From positions 26,464-90,463 of the forward strand of contig JAAYTD010000031.1 in the NCBI GenBank assembly GCA_012518115.1: 64,000 nt of DNA, given 5' to 3'. Source of the stretch: Ignavibacteria bacterium (GTDB taxonomy: Bacteria > Bacteroidota > Ignavibacteria > Kapaibacteriales > UBA2268). Below, piece after piece: positions 26,933 through 35,980 of this stretch. Below the pieces are notes generated by a model, which searched no databases, was not told the origin of the DNA, and saw nothing but the letters and a program-made list of their open reading frames with translations. Made by a program: the position numbers and the translations under genes. Numbering within the stretch: position 1 is the first letter of the stretch; each line of letters begins with the position of its first letter.

Positions 26933-27842
26933 CTATATCTTCAGCTTTATCAATGCCGAGAACTTCAACATCTTCTACAATTCTTTTTACAAGCCCTTGA
27001 AGAACTTTGCCAGCACCTAGCTCAATAAATTTTGTAATACCATCAGCTTTCATTTGCCTTATTGATTGCGTCCACAGAACAGGAGCAGTTAATTGTTTTA
27101 TAAGCGACTCACGAATATCATTTGATTTTAGTAACGGTTTTGCATAAACATTTGAATAAACTGGAACTTTAGCATTATTGAAATTAATTGAGTTGATAGC
27201 TTCTGCTAATTTATCTTGTGCCGGTTTCATAAGTGGCGAATGGAAAGCACCACTTACTGCAAGTTCCTTAACAAGCTTAGCACCTGCTTCTTTAAATCTA
27301 AATATATTATCACGCAAATAATCGGCAGAACCCGCAACAACAACTTGTCCCGGCGAATTAAAGTTTGCAGGCACAACGACATTTCCAGAATCAGATAGAG
27401 TTAATTGTTCGCAAATCTCATTAACTTTATCATCATTGAGTCCTATAACGGCAAACATTGTACCAGGTGCTAATTCACCAACTGTAAACATTAACTGACC
27501 TCGTAAAGAAACAAGATTTAACGCATCTTCAAAGCTAAGAACTCCCGCAATATATAACGCTGCATATTCACCAACTGAATGACCAGCTACAGCCTCACAG
27601 TTAACTTTGTTACGAATAACTTCATAAACCGCTACTGAATGCAAAAATAAAGCAGGTTGCGTATAACGTGTTTCCGTCAATTTCTCAATAGGACCTTCAA
27701 AACATATAGTAGAAAGTGGATAACCAACTATAGAATTTGCATTCTCAACCATTTTAGATATAATATCATATTTGTCCGCCAAAGATTTAATCATTCCAAC
27801 ATACTGCGAACCTTGTCCAGAACATAAAAAAGCTGTTTTCAT
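26925..27842 (-). CDS. fabD: Malonyl-CoA:ACP transacylase
   Basis: FLCSGQGSQYVGM, GHSVGEYAAL and VSGAFHSPLM motifs. Confidence 0.9.
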   Translation of the reverse strand: MKTAFLCSGQGSQYVGMIKSLADKYDIISKMVENANSIVGYPLSTICFEGPIEKLTETRYTQPALFLHSVAVYEVIRNKVNCEAVAGHSVGEYAALYIAGVLSFEDALNLVSLRGQLMFTVGELAPGTMFAVIGLNDDKVNEICEQLTLSDSGNVVVPANFNSPGQVVVAGSADYLRDNIFRFKEAGAKLVKELAVSGAFHSPLMKPAQDKLAEAINSINFNNAKVPVYSNVYAKPLLKSNDIRESLIKQLTAPVLWTQSIRQMKADGITKFIELGAGKVLQGLVKRIVEDVEVLGIDKAEDIDE

Positions 27843-27993
27843 ATTTCTTTATTAAATTAATTCATTATAAATATATTTTACAAAGTTACAAAATTATTTC
27901 TAATCTATAATTAAGTTTTTAGAATAAAATATTGCAAATTGTTTTTTTCTAACAGGTAGTTTGCAACTTAAACAAAAAAGTAAGAAAAAAATC

Positions 27994-30180
27994 TTATTTG
28001 CCATTAAAAGAGAAAGTTAGAATTGTTAAATCATCTCGCTGTTCAGCCATTTCACTATATCTCTCTAATTCATTTATAATTAAAGAATTGACTTCGCTAG
28101 CTATATTTTCTTCATTAACTTCTAAATTAGATATGAAGTTTTTAAAGTTTTCCAATCCATATTCTTCATTTTTTTCATTTCTCAGTTCATTTAATCCATC
28201 TGTAAAAAGCACACAAAAATCATTTTTATTCATTTTTAATGTAAATTCTTCTATTTTATCAGCAAAAGAAAAGTCTCTTGCAATCCCATTATTTATCAAT
28301 CCTATCCCAAGTCCAGCAGGTTGATAGAACTGACAACTGTTCGAAAGTTTTGCCAATAGCGGTGTATGTCCTGCACGTGCAAAAGTTATATTCCCATCAT
28401 CATCATCAATTCTAACAGCTAACATTGTAACAAACAATTTTCTATCTATTTGATTTATTTCAAAAGCCGAATTTATGAGAACAAGTAATTCTTTAGGCGA
28501 GTTAGCTAGTGGCGCTAAGCTTGAAACAATACCTTTTATATATGCCATAATAAAAGCAGCAGTTATGCCTTTCCCTGAAACATCTCCTATTATAATACAA
28601 GAACGTCCGTCAGCTAATTTAACAAAATCATAATAATCACCACCAACTTCTTTTGAAGATTTAGAATGTACATCAATACTATATGAAGGAAAATCGGGAC
28701 AAGATAGTGGCAATAATTGCGCTTGTATTTTTTGCCCAAGTTCTAATTCTTTGTGCATCTCAATAGATTCTATGCTCATTTTCACATTATTATAGACTAC
28801 ATTCATTATATCAAACAAAGTATTCATCAATATTAAACTTTCTTCATTAAATTTATACTCTTTTTTATCGATTAAAATTAATGTTCCGATACGTCGCTTA
28901 TTTGATATTATAGGAATAATTGCTACAGAATTTGCCTCCGGAATAAATTTTATAAAAAATCTCCAATAAGAACTAGTTGGTACTGTTTCTATAACTGTTG
29001 GCTCTTCAATATCATATAACATTTCTTTTAACTTAGAGTTCTTATGTAATTTATATATTAATTCCACATCAATTCCTTCAAAAAATGGAACTTCAACATG
29101 TTTTTTAGCACTATTTTTCTTATATAGCTCACACCAAGCTGCCGTAGCTTCCGTAGCTACTTTGGTATCATGTAAAATTTTTTTTAGCAATAAATTAAAG
29201 TCAGTCCTTATTGAAATAATATTTTTATAGCTATTACTAATTAGATTTATTTCATCTGTTTGTTTGTCAATAATTTTAGCTGTCGGCAGAGATACAATTA
29301 ATACAAAAAACAATTTTATAGAATATGCTATAAATACTATAGCTGCTAACATTAAGAACATTCTATAATTATAGTTAATTACTAAGTAATTTATATCTTG
29401 TCTTACTTGTATTACTTGTTGAATTGAGAAAAAACCTATAAATAATATTAGTAATGTAACTGAAGTTGTAACCAATAAAATATTTTTTTTCGAGGTTGTT
29501 AGTGTGGCTAGCCATCTAAAATTATTTGTAATAGAAAAGATAAGAATAAATATTGTCAGATAAATGATAACATTAACTGTTGAAGACATTATTTGCTGAT
29601 TAAATATAATTTCAATCAATGTAATAACATAGGATAGAAGAGCAAGTATTATTAGAACAAGTATTATAGATTCTGTATATTTATTTTTGAACAATATCAG
29701 CCATTTATATACAAAAGACATCATTTTCGTAAATATATATGCTGCTATTATAGAGAAAATATCTATTGTTGTTATATAGCTAAGAGTATTTGTGTTATAA
29801 ACTAAACGACTATTGTTTTCTACAAATAACATTATTAGCAGCATAATGAGAACAACAACAACAGATATTCTTATATAATCCTTAAAAAACTGCTCTTTTT
29901 TCTGCTTTATTTTACTAATAGTATTTTTTAATTTTTGATATTCAAAAATTACTAAAGTAACAATAAGAATTACAGAATGGAAATAATTGATTAAATCAAA
30001 AGAAAATGAATCAAAAGAATTAATAAGATAAAATACGACATTTATAGCTACTCGTAATAGAATAAGAACAAATATTGACAATAAAATAGCATATTTTCCA
30101 TTACCTATATTATTTTCAATAAAATTTATTAAAGCTGATTTTATAAATTCTTTTATTCTTTTTACAGGCATTTTTATCAT
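27994..30180 (-). CDS. Polytopic membrane PP2C-type serine phosphatase (SpoIIE/RsbU family)
   Basis: ~8-9 hydrophobic helices in the first ~330 aa, a central GAF-like region, and a C-terminal SpoIIE-type PP2C domain (GGDYYDFVKL, IIGDVSGKGITAAFIMAYIKG, FTDGLNE, DDLTILTF). Confidence 0.8.
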   Translation of the reverse strand: MIKMPVKRIKEFIKSALINFIENNIGNGKYAILLSIFVLILLRVAINVVFYLINSFDSFSFDLINYFHSVILIVTLVIFEYQKLKNTISKIKQKKEQFFKDYIRISVVVVLIMLLIMLFVENNSRLVYNTNTLSYITTIDIFSIIAAYIFTKMMSFVYKWLILFKNKYTESIILVLIILALLSYVITLIEIIFNQQIMSSTVNVIIYLTIFILIFSITNNFRWLATLTTSKKNILLVTTSVTLLILFIGFFSIQQVIQVRQDINYLVINYNYRMFLMLAAIVFIAYSIKLFFVLIVSLPTAKIIDKQTDEINLISNSYKNIISIRTDFNLLLKKILHDTKVATEATAAWCELYKKNSAKKHVEVPFFEGIDVELIYKLHKNSKLKEMLYDIEEPTVIETVPTSSYWRFFIKFIPEANSVAIIPIISNKRRIGTLILIDKKEYKFNEESLILMNTLFDIMNVVYNNVKMSIESIEMHKELELGQKIQAQLLPLSCPDFPSYSIDVHSKSSKEVGGDYYDFVKLADGRSCIIIGDVSGKGITAAFIMAYIKGIVSSLAPLANSPKELLVLINSAFEINQIDRKLFVTMLAVRIDDDDGNITFARAGHTPLLAKLSNSCQFYQPAGLGIGLINNGIARDFSFADKIEEFTLKMNKNDFCVLFTDGLNELRNEKNEEYGLENFKNFISNLEVNEENIASEVNSLIINELERYSEMAEQRDDLTILTFSFNGK

Positions 30181-30198
30181 TTTCTATAATAATATTAG

Positions 30199-30717
30199 CT
30201 ACATTTTTATCCTATTAGAAGGTATTTGGAACAAAAAAAGTAAAGCAGCAAAAAAAGTAGTATATACGGCTGACGCTACTCCATACTTTAGATAAAAAAT
30301 CATAAAATTTTGTTCGCTAGTTTTTATATAAAAAAAGTAATAAATTAAATTATGCACAAATGCTACTAAGGCAACAATCAAAATAAAACGATAGTTTTTG
30401 GTGATTTTATGCGTCTCTGTTTCTTTATAAAAAAAACTAGCTGTAAAGGCAGCGACAGTTTTAGACAAAGCGTTTGTTCCTATAATATCTGCAGAAACTA
30501 AGTCAAAAAATAATCCTACTGCAAAAGCTGCAATTAAACTAAAAACAGTTTCTTCTTTAAGTGCAATCCATACAACTAAAATTATAAATAAATCAGGTGT
30601 TATTTCTTGAATAGCTATAAAATCTAATATTGTAGAATGTACAAACAATATTCCTAAAAAAACTAGAATATAATTAATATATTTTTTATAAAATTTAAAA
30701 GTAAAATTTGTTAGCAT
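30199..30717 (-). CDS. mreD: Rod shape-determining protein MreD
   Basis: 172-aa polytopic membrane protein directly after mreC (stop and start abut). Confidence 0.7.
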   Translation of the reverse strand: MLTNFTFKFYKKYINYILVFLGILFVHSTILDFIAIQEITPDLFIILVVWIALKEETVFSLIAAFAVGLFFDLVSADIIGTNALSKTVAAFTASFFYKETETHKITKNYRFILIVALVAFVHNLIYYFFYIKTSEQNFMIFYLKYGVASAVYTTFFAALLFLFQIPSNRIKM

Positions 30718-31574
30718 TACTTACTCTTTTTATCAAGAAATTTTATTTTATCTTCAATTTCAGATATTAAACTTTGGATTTGTCTATCAGGTTCAACATT
30801 TATTACAAAAACATTCTTGGAATTAAAGAATTTTGAAGCAGGTTTAATTGTAATTCTACTGAAATGAGTGCCGGGCTCGTCTTCTACTTTTTCAACTGTA
30901 CCAATAGGTATATTATGTGGATATTTTATACTAAACATAGAAGTAATAACCATCTCACCTTTTTTTACTTCATAAGCTTTTGAAATATTTTTTAAAAGCA
31001 AATTTTCGCCTCCTTCCCATACAACAAGTCCTTCGTTCTGACTATTTACTAATCGTGCCGGAATTCTTATGTTACGATTGTTAATGAGTTCTATAATAGA
31101 ATAAGTATTGCTTGTTCCTATTATATTACCGAGCAATCCGGCAGAAGATCTTGCAGTCATCCCCACTTTAACTTTATCATTTGTTCCTTTATTTATAATA
31201 ACATAATTTCGCATTTGTACAGAACTTTTTTGTACAACATCTGCCGCAATTACACTATACTCACTTTTATCTTTCAATGCAAGCATTGCACGTAATTCTT
31301 CGTTTTCTTGCTGCGCTTGTCTCATAGTTGCAACTTCCGTTGAAAGCTGAAGGTTCAGTTCAGTCAACACCTTATTTTCACTCATCAGCGAACCTGGATT
31401 AGGTATCCAAAAAAAAGTTTCTTGTAAATAACCTATAACTGTAATAACAACAGTTCTAAAACCACCTATAGCTGACGAAGAAGTTGTAGAAATCAAAGAA
31501 AGCGATATAATTACTAATGCTACAAAAACAAAGTAATTTTTAAAATCATTTATAATTCTTAAGAGTTTATGCAT
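30717..31574 (-). CDS. mreC: Rod shape-determining protein MreC
   Basis: N-terminal TM segment, coiled coil (LNLQLSTEVATMRQAQQENEELRAML), then beta-rich domains. Position after mreB. Confidence 0.8.
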   Translation of the reverse strand: MHKLLRIINDFKNYFVFVALVIISLSLISTTSSSAIGGFRTVVITVIGYLQETFFWIPNPGSLMSENKVLTELNLQLSTEVATMRQAQQENEELRAMLALKDKSEYSVIAADVVQKSSVQMRNYVIINKGTNDKVKVGMTARSSAGLLGNIIGTSNTYSIIELINNRNIRIPARLVNSQNEGLVVWEGGENLLLKNISKAYEVKKGEMVITSMFSIKYPHNIPIGTVEKVEDEPGTHFSRITIKPASKFFNSKNVFVINVEPDRQIQSLISEIEDKIKFLDKKSK

Positions 31575-31600
31575 ATTTCAAAACAGAAGTAACTTAACCC

Positions 31601-32635
31601 TTATAAATATGGTGTATGCTTAATTAAAACATTTTTATATTCACGTAAATTATCTAAAACAATTCCTGTACCTTTAGCTACTGCAAGTAATGGTTCTTCA
31701 GGAACACTAACTTTAAGTTTTGTCTCTTTTTCTATACGTTTGTCCAAACCTTGCAATAGCGCGCCACCGCCCGCTAACCATATACCACGATCATAAATAT
31801 CTGCAGCTAGCTCTGGGGGAGTTTTTACAAGTAAGTTTATAATAGATTCATTTATTCGCTTAATAGAATCGTTTAAGGCATTTTCACGAATTTCTATTGA
31901 AGAAACATTAATTCGTTTAGGAATACCAGTAACTAAATCTCTACCTTTTACACCAATTTCCAATTCTTCATTCATTTTATAAGCACTTCCTCCGGCAATT
32001 TTTATTCCTTCTGCTGTAGCTTCACCTATACCAAGATTATGTCTAGCTCTAAAATATTGCAAAATCGCATGAGTCATAGTATTTCCTGCCACTTTTATCG
32101 ATTCTTGACAAACTATACCGCCTAAAGCTATCACTGCAATTTCAGTTGTCCCACCACCAATATCAACAATTAAATTGCCTTCAGGCTCTAATACATTCAA
32201 ACCAATACCAATTGCACTTGCCATAGGCTCTGCAATAAGATGAACTTCTTTTGCACCAGCATGCTCACAACTATCACGAACAATACGCTTTTCCGCTTCT
32301 GTAACACCTGAGGGAACACAAACAATTATACGACGCGCCCAATTACCGGAAATCCTACTTATATATGCTCTAAGCATACCTTCTGCCACACTAAAATCAG
32401 CAATAACTCCGTCTTTCATAGGATAGATAATGCTTATATCTTTATGAACCTTACCTATCATTTTTTGTGCATCACCACCTATTGCAATAATTTTATGTGT
32501 GTTATTGTCAAAAGCAACAATAGACGGCTCATTTAAGGCAATCTCCCCTCCCTTCCAAATTATTGTGTTCGCTGTTCCCAAATCTATAGCAAGATCATTG
32601 CTAAAGTATTTAAATAAATCTAAAAATTTCATCAT
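31601..32635 (-). CDS. mreB: Actin-like rod shape protein MreB
   Basis: DLGTANT, VCVPSGVTEAEKR, DIGGGTTE and GGGALL motifs. Confidence 0.95.
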   Translation of the reverse strand: MMKFLDLFKYFSNDLAIDLGTANTIIWKGGEIALNEPSIVAFDNNTHKIIAIGGDAQKMIGKVHKDISIIYPMKDGVIADFSVAEGMLRAYISRISGNWARRIIVCVPSGVTEAEKRIVRDSCEHAGAKEVHLIAEPMASAIGIGLNVLEPEGNLIVDIGGGTTEIAVIALGGIVCQESIKVAGNTMTHAILQYFRARHNLGIGEATAEGIKIAGGSAYKMNEELEIGVKGRDLVTGIPKRINVSSIEIRENALNDSIKRINESIINLLVKTPPELAADIYDRGIWLAGGGALLQGLDKRIEKETKLKVSVPEEPLLAVAKGTGIVLDNLREYKNVLIKHTPYL

Positions 32636-32847
32636 AATTATAAATATCGCTTTTTTTATCTAAAGATATATTTTTGTAAAATTACAAATTTACGCAAAAA
32701 GATTGAAAATAATACTATAAAAAAATATCAAAATAAAGATGTTTTTACATTTTTATCATTATATTATCTTAAAACATCAATTTTAGACGTTTTTTATAGA
32801 TAACATTAAGTTATAAGAAATATTTTTAAAAATCAACATTTTTTTTA

Positions 32848-33013
32848 ATTCTCCTCTTGAGAGTTGTAGATAAGGGTGTTCTGCCCTCATTTTTGCTAAG
32901 CAGGAGAGGTGTGGCATTCTCCTCTTGAGAGGAGTACCCGCGAAGCGGGGGAGGTGTGGGACTACACCGTCAAACTTCGTTTGCCACCCCTTCGTACCAA
33001 AGAGGAAATTTTG
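32848..33013 (+). repeat. Mosaic GC-rich hairpin repeat locus (two M1 units followed by an ACTAC...CCGTCAAAC module)
   Basis: 32915-32958 equals the reverse complement of 61690-61745 apart from a few changes. 32961-33013 parallels 53726-53775. Hairpins: CTCCTCT-TGA-GAGGAG and CCCGC-GAA-GCGGG. Confidence 0.75.
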
Positions 33014-33026
33014 GTATTAAAATAAT

Positions 33027-33722
33027 TTATAATTCAAAAATATGTGTTTCTAATGTCAATAAATTTATAGTAAACAACTGATTGGAAAGTATATTCCCCA
33101 TATTTACAATAACTTTAATAGCTTCCGTAGCTTCTATGCACCCTATAATTCCTGCTAATGTCCCTATTACAGATTTTTCAGGTTTCATTTCTAAAACATC
33201 TTCTTCCGAAAATAAAGTGCGATAGTTCGCTCCTCCTTTGTAATTAAAAACAGAAACTTGTCCCGAAAATCCTGCTATAGCTCCATATATATACACCTTA
33301 TCACAAAGGACGCAAGTATCGTTAATTAAAAAACGTGTCTGAAAATTATCCGTTCCGTCAACAACAATATCATAGTTACTAATAATATCTTTAGCATTAT
33401 CAGCAGTTAAGTTTTCTTGATAGATATTTATTTTTGTGTCAGAATTAAGTTTTTGTAATTTTTTTTTCGCACATTTTACTTTACTTTTACCTATTTCACT
33501 TTCATAATATAGAATTTGTCTTTGCAAGTTAGAAAGCGAAACAACATCACTATCTATAACGCCAAGAGTGCCTATTCCTGCTGCTGTCAAATATATAGAA
33601 ACTGCAGAACCTAATCCACCAGCACCTACTAACAATACTTTTGCTTGTTTTAACTTTTTCTGTCCTTCAATTCCAATTTCTTGTAAAGATATTTGTCGTT
33701 TATATTTTTTTTCAAAATCCAT
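33027..33722 (-). CDS. ThiF/MoeB/HesA-family E1-like adenylyltransferase
   Basis: KVLLVGAGGLGSAVSIYLTAAGIG...LSNLQRQILY, a Rossmann/ATP-binding core. No rhodanese or Cys-rich tail, so the exact role (MoeB, ThiF or TcdA) is unresolved. Confidence 0.7.
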   Translation of the reverse strand: MDFEKKYKRQISLQEIGIEGQKKLKQAKVLLVGAGGLGSAVSIYLTAAGIGTLGVIDSDVVSLSNLQRQILYYESEIGKSKVKCAKKKLQKLNSDTKINIYQENLTADNAKDIISNYDIVVDGTDNFQTRFLINDTCVLCDKVYIYGAIAGFSGQVSVFNYKGGANYRTLFSEEDVLEMKPEKSVIGTLAGIIGCIEATEAIKVIVNMGNILSNQLFTINLLTLETHIFEL

Positions 33723-33733
33723 TTTTATAAAAA

Positions 33734-35674
33734 TTAAAATTTAAAATCAATTTGCAAATAAAACCTATTTTGCTGATTTGAGTTAATTTTTTCGTAAGAA
33801 GAACCTATGCTTTCTACATCAAATTTATAGTAATTAACGTATCTTAAATATAATTTTAAGCAATCCATCGGCATTATTTGTAAAGCTATATATGCTCTTG
33901 TACCTTCTTCATATAGAGCTGGTGAATAAGAAGCACCCGGATAATAATATTCATATTGCCAAATAGCAGAAGCATAGCTATCAGTAGAAAAATAACTGCC
34001 TCTGGCTTGTAAGCGTAGAAATTTTGCTACCTTCCAAGTTCCTTCAACAAAAAAAGCAGCACCAAACTCATTGTCAAACACATTTTTATTATCTAAATAA
34101 ACTAATTCCGCACGCGACCTGACATTAATTTTTTTTGAAAAATCATAGCTATATTCTAAACGTGCGCCGTACTTTTCGCCTTGAAAAAATGTCGTTACTT
34201 TTTTATCTTTCTTTTGATTTGTCTTATTCTTCAAATACAATCTTCCATAGCAACTAGCTTCTTTGGATAATATTGCATCAGCTTGTGTGAAAATTGCAAA
34301 ACCTGTTACGTTTGTATCTATTGTATATGTTGGAGCATAGCTATAGAACCAATCAAAATATGCCTTTACTTTAATTCTATCTACCCCTTTCCATAAAAAT
34401 CCTACATACATTCCTAATTCATTTGCAGGATAAGAAAATTCGCCGAAAATAGAGCCAAAAGGCGAGCGAAAACTTTCCTCAAAAGAACGAAAATGTAAAG
34501 AAAAATCAAAATTTGGACTACGAAAAATAGAACCAAGCTTCAAGCCAATATTAGAACGATTGTCAATAGAAAGTTCACCACTAGTTTGAAGAGCTCCTAA
34601 ATGGAAAGTAGAAAAAATACTCGACAAAAAGCCTGTTTTTCCCGAAAATACGCGAGAAGAAGTAGATTTTATTTCCTTGTCATAGTCAATATAAGAAACG
34701 TTAATTCCACAGCTATAAGAACAACCATTGAGCTCTATTGTAGCGCCAGCTATTTGTTCCCGCACAGCATTTTTTTTGCTTATCTCTGTCTCTGTTCTAT
34801 AAGTACCTGCGGTATAAAGAGATGAAATAAAATCATCTTTTATATTTCCTGAACGAAAAATGTTAGAATACCATAAAGTAGAAACAATATTCAATCTCTC
34901 TTTAATCGGAATATCCAAACGAGTTGCCACCCCTCTAAGTGTACGATAATCCATCTTTGAAACATAAGGCGAAAGTTTGCTACCGTAATTCATAGCAAGA
35001 TCTATAACGTTCACACTTTTTCCTAAAGTAAAAGCATCGCCCCATAAATTCCCCATTCCTGTAGATACTGCAAAATCGCCTAAAATCACTTTAATTTTTT
35101 CTGAATCATACTCAAGAAAACCAGAGTAAAATTCAGCAAGATGTTGTTCGCCCGAGTTTTTATTTAGGGTCAATCCGCCACGATACTCGCCATAGCTAGC
35201 TTGATATCTTTGATACAAGTTCCATTTATCACCTAAATATTTCTCTTTTTCGTAACCTACAGGAGTTTCAATTTGATAGCTAGTTCTTTCACGTATTGAC
35301 CCCGAAAAAGTTTTTACTTTCTCAACTTCAATTATTGTACAAACTTTCAAAATATAAATTTGATACTCATTCAAATTTAAATAAACTGCTATAGAATCAA
35401 TAGTGTATTTTTTGTCTTTTTTACGAAACATTTCATGTATCAAATAAGCATCTATATATAAAATGCCCGGAATTTCAGCAATTTGTGCTGTTGTTGCGTA
35501 GTATAAATTTACAGGATTATCTATAAAATAATCTAGCTTTTCAAGTAAAAAAGTAGCTTCTTCATCAGTTGAAATTGTTTCAAAATATTGCTCTAACTCT
35601 AACCTTGTTTGTGGCAAAAGTTGCAACTGAAAAAACAGGAATAAGATAATTAAGCAAACAATATGGCGAAGCAT
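33734..35674 (-). CDS. Hypothetical outer-membrane protein with N-terminal helix-hairpin-helix-like segment
   Basis: I prefer the start at Met32 of the track ORF (MLRHIVCLIILFLFFQLQLLPQ signal peptide). The beta-rich body ends in YLQIDFKF. The TTAQIAEIPGI segment looks ComEA/HhH-like. Confidence 0.45.
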   Translation of the reverse strand: MLRHIVCLIILFLFFQLQLLPQTRLELEQYFETISTDEEATFLLEKLDYFIDNPVNLYYATTAQIAEIPGILYIDAYLIHEMFRKKDKKYTIDSIAVYLNLNEYQIYILKVCTIIEVEKVKTFSGSIRERTSYQIETPVGYEKEKYLGDKWNLYQRYQASYGEYRGGLTLNKNSGEQHLAEFYSGFLEYDSEKIKVILGDFAVSTGMGNLWGDAFTLGKSVNVIDLAMNYGSKLSPYVSKMDYRTLRGVATRLDIPIKERLNIVSTLWYSNIFRSGNIKDDFISSLYTAGTYRTETEISKKNAVREQIAGATIELNGCSYSCGINVSYIDYDKEIKSTSSRVFSGKTGFLSSIFSTFHLGALQTSGELSIDNRSNIGLKLGSIFRSPNFDFSLHFRSFEESFRSPFGSIFGEFSYPANELGMYVGFLWKGVDRIKVKAYFDWFYSYAPTYTIDTNVTGFAIFTQADAILSKEASCYGRLYLKNKTNQKKDKKVTTFFQGEKYGARLEYSYDFSKKINVRSRAELVYLDNKNVFDNEFGAAFFVEGTWKVAKFLRLQARGSYFSTDSYASAIWQYEYYYPGASYSPALYEEGTRAYIALQIMPMDCLKLYLRYVNYYKFDVESIGSSYEKINSNQQNRFYLQIDFKF

Positions 35675-35980
35675 TATATATTTCTTAGTTAAAAAAGTAA
35701 ATAATAAAAAAAGAAGTAAATTACTAAAATTATTTAAATTTAACAAAAAAACACTATATAAAATCATTTTTTTATATAAAATTATATTATTTTTTTACAA
35801 TTATTTTTTTAATCTGCATATTAACTGCTGAATAATATTATTTTTCCTATCCTTTTGAATAAGTATAAATTATTTTTTTTTAAACAAATTATTTTGTATT
35901 TTTGGGACTATTAATTTATAGTATTACTATTATATTGTTACATAAAAAAGAAAAATAAACTAATTAAAAAAATAGAAGTT

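Noticed and set aside
35675-35767. Upstream extensions of the 33734 OMP ORF and, likewise, of the TonB-receptor ORF (56571-56633)
   Set aside because: The internal Met codons give canonical signal peptides (MLRHIVCLIILFLFF..., MLKRFFLLFFLIQC...). The extensions are Phe/Leu/Asn-rich read-through of AT-rich promoter DNA.
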